From Bispira polyomma (lineage: Eukaryota), in the NCBI GenBank assembly GCA_965649765.1, contig OZ287749.1, forward strand, positions 39,556,001-39,620,000: a stretch of DNA of 64,000 nucleotides. The letters run 5' to 3'. Under the pieces are notes generated by a model. That model made no database searches. It was not told where the DNA came from and worked only from the letters and a program-made list of their open reading frames with translations. Made by a program: the position numbers and the translations under genes. Every line of letters starts with the position of its first letter. Position 1 is the first letter of the stretch. Below are positions 29,601-38,600 of this stretch, piece by piece.

Positions 29601-32600
29601 ATCCAATAAAACCCTGACAGAACTGCAAAGCAGTAAGGTCATCATAAGCAATGCTAGAACGATCCGATCCGAAACAATGTTCATGCGGCCAACTGATTTC
29701 GCTTTTAACATTATTATCACCATTTCTGAATAACCCAGATTTAATTTTTTTACCTTGGGCTTCTTGTTTGTCATTTTCGTCTAACACTTGTAACTGACGA
29801 TCCACTTGCTTCTGCAAGCCAATGTTATCACGCAAGAATGCTGCTGAGGGAACAACTAATCTGTCAGTACTTTCAGCCTCTGCAGCTGTGTAGCCTGGTA
29901 AACAAGGAGCAGGGTCGGGAACGTACCCTGTGCGTGGAGGGGATGTAACAGCCAAATCACGACATTTGATCAGATTCAAATCTTTTTGGGTATCTGTCTT
30001 AACTTGCTCAATCTTATCGTCAAGTCTCGTTAAATGCCTAAGAATAGCATCGAGCTTATCATCGACTGGGTTACCTTCCTCCGAATGCACAGAGCGACCA
30101 TCTCATGTTGCTGGAGACATCTGGCCTGGAGTGAGAGACATCTGAGGTTGAGACATCTGCAGGTCAGCATCAGGGTGATCTGCCATGGAGCTTGAGGACA
30201 CAGCAAACGGGCAGTCGCCTCCTACTGGCTTCAAATGTGTGGTACTGCAGTTACAGCAAAATGCAGTTTTCTTGGCGATACGATCAGGCTGATCTCGCAT
30301 AATATTTTTAAAAAAAAATAGTGACGATGCACTTAAAAATTCGTTCTGCTAAAGACACGTACTGACTGTTAAATAAGTTCACCATACAGTGGCACTGGGA
30401 CCGAGCACTAATTACCAAGTAAATAGTCATCAATCTCCCCTACGCACCTGGAGACTATGAGCCAACCACTAGTTACTATCTCACACTAGTATCTATTGAT
30501 ACCAATCCTCATGCACAAGGATACCATGGTCACCATTAACTCAGTGGTTAAGTTTGTCCGTACAAGATCACAAGTTTGTCCGACCAACAATCTAACAGCC
30601 AGTACAGCAGTGTCTAAAGGAAGTACCAGTGGGAGGTAATGTCAGCCCTCACTCTTAATTATTTTTACATCAGCACTGGTACTTATTTTAAACTGATTTG
30701 ATTTCACAAATATCTGGGTTTATATAGAGACCACCATCTGGCCCCCCAGAACCTTGGGTTAGAAAGTTGAACTTTACTCTGAACTATGTGTGCTAAAATT
30801 CCTACATATTTTAACCAAATCTTGCCCAGACAACCTGAGCATTTGACAGAATTAATAGAAATACTTCAGACAGTCTTGGGTTAGAAAGTTGAACTTTACT
30901 CTGAACTATTTGCACTAAACTTCCTACACATTTTAACCAAAACTTGCCCAGACAACCTGAGCATTTGACAAAATTAATAGAAATACTTCAGACAGTCATG
31001 TGCCAAACATGTGCCAACACATAGCCAGCTAATGATTTATATACAGTGCACTGAAATGAGAGCTAGTAAAGATCACATCACCATCATATGACGTGTATAC
31101 CTACAAATGTGTATACACTAGTGAACCAGGCCACATTACCCATTACTCACTAACACATTATATAAGAACAGGCCATGCCTACATATCAGCAAAGCTATAC
31201 GAAAACACACACATGTAGTTTTACTGTAACCTGGAGGCTCCCTATCTCACCCCGACTGAACCTGATTGTAAACACTCATGCCAGAGTTTTTCTACTTTTG
31301 TCGGAAGCTTGCTAATAATACTAAATGCTTACATGAGGGATCTATTGTTCTTCTGGGGTCCATTCTTCTGATGAACCTAGGCATTCTACACCTTATTTTA
31401 CAACATCTGTTGTCTTCTCCCATAAATATACCGCCGTCATTGTCCGTCATATCAGATATTGTACTGGTACTGTTACGAGACTGTACAGGGATGAAGGAGG
31501 CTAACCTTCTCTGTCTGGGTTTGACCTCCATTGACATGGCTGTGATGTAAAGCACAAATCATGTACATAAACAGTTTCAAACAAAAGACAATACAGTGTA
31601 GGGTGCATTAGAAGCTCTATTATCTGCGCCCAGATATTAGCTGTTGCATAAAGCACAAGTACTTGCTGTATATATATGTCCTTAATAATCAACGGACAAT
31701 ACAATGTAGGTGCACTGGACCCTCTATACTGTCCCACTATATCTATTATCATGGAGTATCAATTATCGCCACCCTAGATTTAAGCCTTCATAACTTAGCA
31801 AAAAATGCCTTTAGAATTTTAGCAAAATGGGCAGAACTTTAAATGGTGTATATATTGTGCCCAAGTTCTTGCAACCATTATACTTCAAAAAGATGTAATT
31901 ATGTAAGTGACTTATGGCTGCTTTATTTGTTGGTGATAATACTTGGTACCCAGTGCTATAATTTGTAGCATGGCAGTATCATCTGGCCCCCATATCCTCC
32001 TCAAAAGAAACTCACTCCGACACAACTCAAGTGAAGGCTACGTAAAACTCCAGTATAGTAAAATACCATGCACCTATAGAACCTACCATCATTCATTTCA
32101 ATAGAACTTTCAGCACTACATTCAAAGATCAAGTCACATTTTATGCATCTTCTCTATCACAAGAGGAAATCATCTTTCCACCTCTGGTTTCTTACCTAAA
32201 AAACTGGCTAGTTCAAAATCATTCAAAGTTGCAGCATGTACGGCTGAGTAGAATAATCTCTCTACTAGTCTTCGCAATAAGATAAGGATCACAGGCATAA
32301 GGAAAAAGCTCAAACACATTTGTATTACCTCGTTTTTTCTGCATTGACTTTCATCTCCTGGTCACAACTTAACTCTGATCCAGAACTTTTTTTCTTTTGC
32401 TTACTGATTTGGATGTGCACCACAGAGCGTGTCTGTCCATTGACAGAACGAAACACATTAACATGAACCTTTGATCAGGGGTCTGAGGGGAGCTTGACAG
32501 GTTTTGGAGAATATGGCCACTAAATCCTATTTAGTGAGATAATTCCTTAGACTTAAATAATAGATGATTAAAAGTTCATTAAAGAGATTGAATAAATTTG

Positions 32601-35600
32601 TTTGAATAAGTAACGAGTAATGTCAGTGGAGTTATATTCATTTTAATTGATTAATAACCAATATAGCAGGTACATGTATTACCTGAGTAGGTACCATATA
32701 TGGAATGTATGAGAGTACGTAATATATTTATATTAACTGACTGACAACCAACATATCAGGTATTACCGGAGTGGGTGTCATATACCCGCGGAGTGTATGG
32801 CAGGTATATTCATATTAACTGACTGATAACCAACACAGCATCATGATAGCATCATGTTTTACCTGTGTGGGTACCATATATGGAGTGTATTGGAGGTTTG
32901 TTCCTATTAACTGATTTAAAGCCATCATACCATGTATTACCTGAGTGGGAGCCATCCGTAGAAGGTGTGAGAGGTTGGACTGTCATCTCTTTAAAATATT
33001 CTGTACGATTGCTAAACTTTTGGACAAAGTTGAAAATTCTTTCACTGACTGCACCGCTGAGAGCTGACAAGCTCTGTCTACAAGACAAAATGTATGTCAT
33101 ATAATAATATAATACAGGCCAGACTGCTGTGTATAATAATGAAGGATTAACTGAATACAGTAGAATCTCTATTATCCAAACATATGATGAAATATGAGAT
33201 TCAATCTCATTAATTTTGCGTCTTTGTGAGAATAAATTAGCAAGATCCACGCTACAACCATTATTTTGTACACACAGATCACACAATAAATAGAAACTAT
33301 ACCTCTGCAAACGTCATTTTATATAATCTTAACAACAATGAAGGTTGTTTCTACGCATATTTTACTGCCTATTAGAAAACATGGAAAAAAATAAAAAAAC
33401 AATATTTGTTTTAATAATTGCTACCGTGGATTGGATTTCTTACTATTCAGAGATTTCTAGGGGAAACGATATGCAAATTGACGTGGATAAAAGTAGGTTG
33501 CTTTCAACAAAAACAGGCCCGTAGCTGTTTCCGGAAATATAAAAGAAAAGATCTCGATTGTTTGAAGATTCTAGCAATAGAAGGTTCTAGTATTAATTAA
33601 CTAAAAGTGAACCAAGTCTTTTGCGTCTTCATGAAAATAAATTAGGAAGAGGTATCGATCGTGTCACTGCGCATGCTCGGTAGATCACGTGACCTTACTC
33701 CGTACTCTGATTTCATTCACAAAAACAGCCAAAAGTATTTCTCAATGAAACAGCTGATGAGCTCACTTATTTCATTCCAGAAGACGGAAAATTAAATAGA
33801 AGCCTTGAACAAGTGAATGATGTCACAGTCTGAGATTGGCCTACAGACCTGTCTCTTTGTGTGTTAAATGGCTGAAAAATGGCTGTTTCTTTCTCAATTC
33901 TAGCTGAATTACCACAAATTTACAAATGGTGCCTCTTGAAAACAAACCAAACATGTATGCTAAATATGAAAGCCCAGGTCCTTGTAAGGTCGGAGATTAC
34001 GTTGTCCCAAAAATTGTAACCAACAGCAACCAGTTCACTCCACAAATCATAATATCATATTAAGTGGGGTTTCCCCACCTTATTTTAAAATGTTGCCTTT
34101 TAAATGCTCAGAAATATGACTTGGACAAGAGTAATAACTGAGAGAAATCCTACACATACATTGTCTAAAGATTATTCCTGTTGAATACATGTATAGCCTT
34201 CTGGCATCTACTTTGCAGGTGACATCACCATAACAATGTTCATATTATCAAGGTTAAACCTCCACTGTCAAGTTATGGTCAGTCTCTGCACACCTGTAAG
34301 TGCTGTAACCCACACTCATTTCTCTATTACGATAATGTTGATTTTACAGCAGTTACTCTCTATCAAAATACTCAGAATCACCCAGCCTTCTGGACTCAAA
34401 GGGCTAATTAACCTTTTGTTTTGGACAGCACAAGTACAGGAAACCAGCAACAGTAACAGAAACAGAGGCTTAAGGATGACCATTCACAAATATCCCTGAG
34501 CAAAGAACCTAATGACAGAGGTCCTCCATTTTTATACCCTTAGATAGTATCGGAACCAGAGTGGTATGTGATAGTCTGGACACACTATTAGCTGTATGAG
34601 CTTATAGTCTATTTTGTATACACTGAGATAAATTGTTATAATAATAGGAGTATATGAACTATAGACAGGACCGTCCGCCCGTGTCGGACAAGTATTAAGT
34701 CGGGCCACTATCTTTTCGTGGTTGTTGGACCAGTAGACCTGTTACTTTTTACAAATTTTGTAACTTAACTTCCAATTTCATTAAAGGTCAGCATATTGTT
34801 TTAAACTTTGGGTAACTTGGACCACTTGGTTTGTTACCATTTTATAAAATTATTAACCCCGGACAGTCAGGATCAGTACCTTTTTTGTCGGACCAATAAC
34901 TTATTTGAGTTGCAGGACCTGCGGTCCACCAACTATTTACCACAAGTATTATACACTGGGTAGGAGCTGTCCTGAAGCAATAAAGTAAATTATTTCACAA
35001 AGTAGGACCATCCTATGCAAAACTTTTTATCAAACTTAACCTGAAATAGGATGATTTACTTACCCAGAATGTTTGCTCTGATAACTGGCCACACTGGCTT
35101 GACTGGCAAAGGAATCTGTGGAGTCTCTCCTGTCTTTGAGCCTGACTAACTCACTCCAGTAGGACTGGACACTGGTGGCCCCAGGGCTGTGTGGGCGAGG
35201 TGGGTGTAGTCTGGGCATGGTCAGGTAGTCTATGGTGATAGTGGAGGCTCTGTGCGTGTTACTAACGTGTGGTGCTGGGCCATCTGTGTCCACCTCAGGC
35301 AGGGTGTACTCTGAACTGGAACTCATCGCAAGGCTATGTCGTTGGGGTGCTGTGTGTCACCAAAACAAAATTATTAAATTAGAAGGTAACTAGAAAACGG
35401 TTTTTGATAACAAAAACGAAGCGTCCCTAAAGTTGAAATAATAATGAAATTGTTTAGTGTACAAGGTTTGATATTGTTTAAAAGTTGACATATAAGCAGA
35501 ATCAGCACTTTTGGTCAAATATAAGCTCGAAAAGGATAACCATTTCCGAGATAACAGACGTTTTCTAAAAAGACGCAGAAATTGAAGATGTTTGCCCAAA

Positions 35601-38600
35601 TCAAAAATTACTATAAAAATTTACATAAAAGAAAAATCAGCCCTATGAGTCGAAAAGGAGCTTGAAATCGCTCTATCTAGCACCGTTTCTGAAATAAAGG
35701 ACATTTTCGAAAAAGACGCAGAAATTCAAGATGGCCGGCAAAATGTAAATTTTTTTAAAAGTTTAAATATAAGAAAAATCAACCCTGTGGATTGAAAATG
35801 AGCTCGAAATCGGTCTATCTAGCACCGTTTCCAAGATAAATGACATTTTCGAAAAAGACGCAGAAATTTAAGATGGCCAACAAAATTAAAATTTTTAAAA
35901 AAGTATACATATAAGTAAAATCAACCCTGTAGATCGAAAATGAGCTCGAAATCGCTCTATCTAGCACCGTTTCCGAGATAAAGGACATTTTCGTAAAAGT
36001 CCCAGAAATTCAAGATGGCCGCCAAAATTAAAATTTTTTTGAAAGATTACATATAAGTAAAATCAACCCTGTGGATCGAAAATGAGCTCGTAATCGCTCT
36101 ATCTAGCACCGTTTCCGAGATAACGGACATTTTCGAAAAAGACGCAGAAATTCAAGATGGCCGCCAAAATTGAAATTTTTTTAAAAGTTTACATATAAGC
36201 AAAATCCACCCTGTGGGTCGAAAATGAGCTCGAAATCGGTCTATCTAGCACCGTTTCCAAGATAAATGACATTTTCGAAAAAGACGCAGAAATTTAAGAT
36301 GGCCAACAAAATTAAAATTTTTAAAAAAGTATACATATAAGTAAAATCAACCCTGTAGATCGAAAATGAGCTCGAAATCGCTCTATCTAGCACCGTTTCC
36401 GAGATAAAGGACATTTTCGTAAAAGTCCCAGAAATTCAAGATGGCCGCCAAAATTAAAATTTTTTTGAAAGATTACATATAAGTAAAATCAACCCTGTGG
36501 ATCGAAAATGAGCTTGTAATCGCTCTATCTAGCACCGTTTCCGAGATAACGGACATTTTCGAAAAAGACGCAGAAATTCAAGATGGCCGCCAAAATTGAA
36601 ATTTTTTTAAAAGTTTACATATAAGCAAAATCCACCCTGTGGGTCGAGAATGAGCTTGAAATCGCTCTATCTAGCACCGTTTCCGAGATAACTGACATTT
36701 TCAAAAAAGACGCAAAAATTCAAGATGGCCGCCAAAATTGAAATTTTTTTAAAAGTTTACATATAAGCAAAATCAACCCCGTGGGTCAAAAATTAGCTCG
36801 AAATCGCTCCATCTAGCACTGTTTCCGAGATAACGGACGTTTTCGAAAAAGACGCAGAAATTCAAGATGGCCGCCAAAATTGAAATTTTTTTAAAAGTTT
36901 ACGTATAAGCAAAATCAACCCTGTGGGTCGAAAATGAGCTCGAAATCGCTATATCTAGCACCGTTTCAGAGATAATGGCCATTTAAAAAAACCTTAATTT
37001 TTGAAATTTTTGAAATTAAAATCGTTTTATATCAGTAACGATCGCATATTTTTGGATGGGGTAAAAAATAAATAAAAATTCAGGCTATTCTTTAAAAGTT
37101 ACGCGCTGCATGTACTGGTCTAAAATTAAAAATAAAAAAAATCCTCACACGCTCGAAAAAGCACCCATCAACACATTTTTTCCCCATTTTGTATGATTGA
37201 TCGACCTTGTCAATCAGTCAATTATCACCAGATTGATCTAAAAATTTACGGACATATGTGCTTTGGTATTTGCAATGTGCATGCGAAATTTCATTGAACT
37301 ATCACAAGTACTTCAAAAGAAAAGTTGATAAAAGTGCAAGATAGAGCAAAATAGAGCAAAATACGCGGCGGCAATGGCGAGGAAACCAGGGGTGAAACTA
37401 AATAAGCGCCCTTTTCAAGGGACGCTTAATTACTGCTACTTCCTGCATCCAATAATGGCCTCATGTATAATGCTTTAAACAAAGCAGTATGCTGTATTAA
37501 CAATTTCCGATTGCGATGAAATGAAGGAAAATTAAAAAAATATATTTTGGGTGTTGACTGCTTGAAGTAAATTATCCATTATAATTCTTTCGACCCTTAG
37601 ATAGAACTATCGTCAGGAACTGAAAGAAATTTTTCAGTAATAGGTTACAGCCAGATAGCTGGAGTCACTAAAACACACACCACCTATCACTTTCAGCATA
37701 CAATAATGGCCTCATGTTTATAATGTTTTGAACAAAGCATTATGCTGTACTAACAATTTCCAATTGCGAGGAACTGAAGAAAAAAAACAATATAGATATT
37801 TTAGGGTGTTGACTGCTTGAAGTAAATTCTCTAGCTATAATATACTTTCGACCCCAAGATAGAACTGTAACTGGGAATTGAAAGAATTTTTCGTTAATAG
37901 GTTACAGACAGCTGGAGTCACTAAAACATACATCACAGAAATTCTGGCATTCAATAATGGCCTCACATATAAAGTTGTAAACAAAGGAGTATGCTGTACT
38001 AACAAATTCCGATTATGAGGGGGGGTGTTGACTGCATGCGACAGACATAGGTCCTGGGAGAAATAAGTGTCGTAAACTGCTAGCCAACAACTTAGAGGTC
38101 AAAAGGGTTCACATGAAGTGTGTTTCAGGGGTTGTAGGCCCCTATTATGGGTGTTGATGGAAACCTTGGGCTCCGAAAATTAATCTGGCATTACTTTGTC
38201 AATTAGACTTCATATGTACAAATATAACTACTTTTTTAACAAAAAAAACCTCATCATCTTCAACTGTTGTGACACATTGCATCAAAATATGTTGAGAAAT
38301 GGCCGAGATTAATTAAGTTTAAATATAGGTACCCCTCTTTACTACCTGGTTTGTGGACGGGTCATTTGAGATAACCAAGCCCACGTCATTATGACATTGC
38401 TGTGACGAAAGCAACCAAGGGGAAAAAAGGAAATTACAGGTATGACCTACTTTCTGAAGATAGAATTTAATAAAATATTAGATTTTAGAATAACGGTAGT
38501 TCAGTATAAAATTTGGTTGTGTAAAGTGAAGTCCATTATGTGAGGAAATGGTCGTAAAAATTCATGTAAATCCTATGGTTGGAAAGTTACATCAGAATAA

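Larger units (their letters stand above)
25740..30540 (-). mobile_element. Tyrosine-recombinase retrotransposon (Ngaro/DIRS group), gag - RT/RNaseH - YR, terminal repeats not found
   Basis: Gene order and motifs of the three ORFs listed below. It lies in the CNGB intron 23383-31332 in the sense orientation. Ends are approximate. Confidence 0.9.

Noticed and set aside
32329-32519. Exon-like minus-strand segment (VHVNVFRSVNGQ...)
   Set aside because: In-frame TGA after the acceptor, and its exit phase 2 does not fit the next exon.
35500-36990. CRISPR-like regular array
   Set aside because: Units are contiguous with no unique spacers; eukaryotic context; no cas genes.
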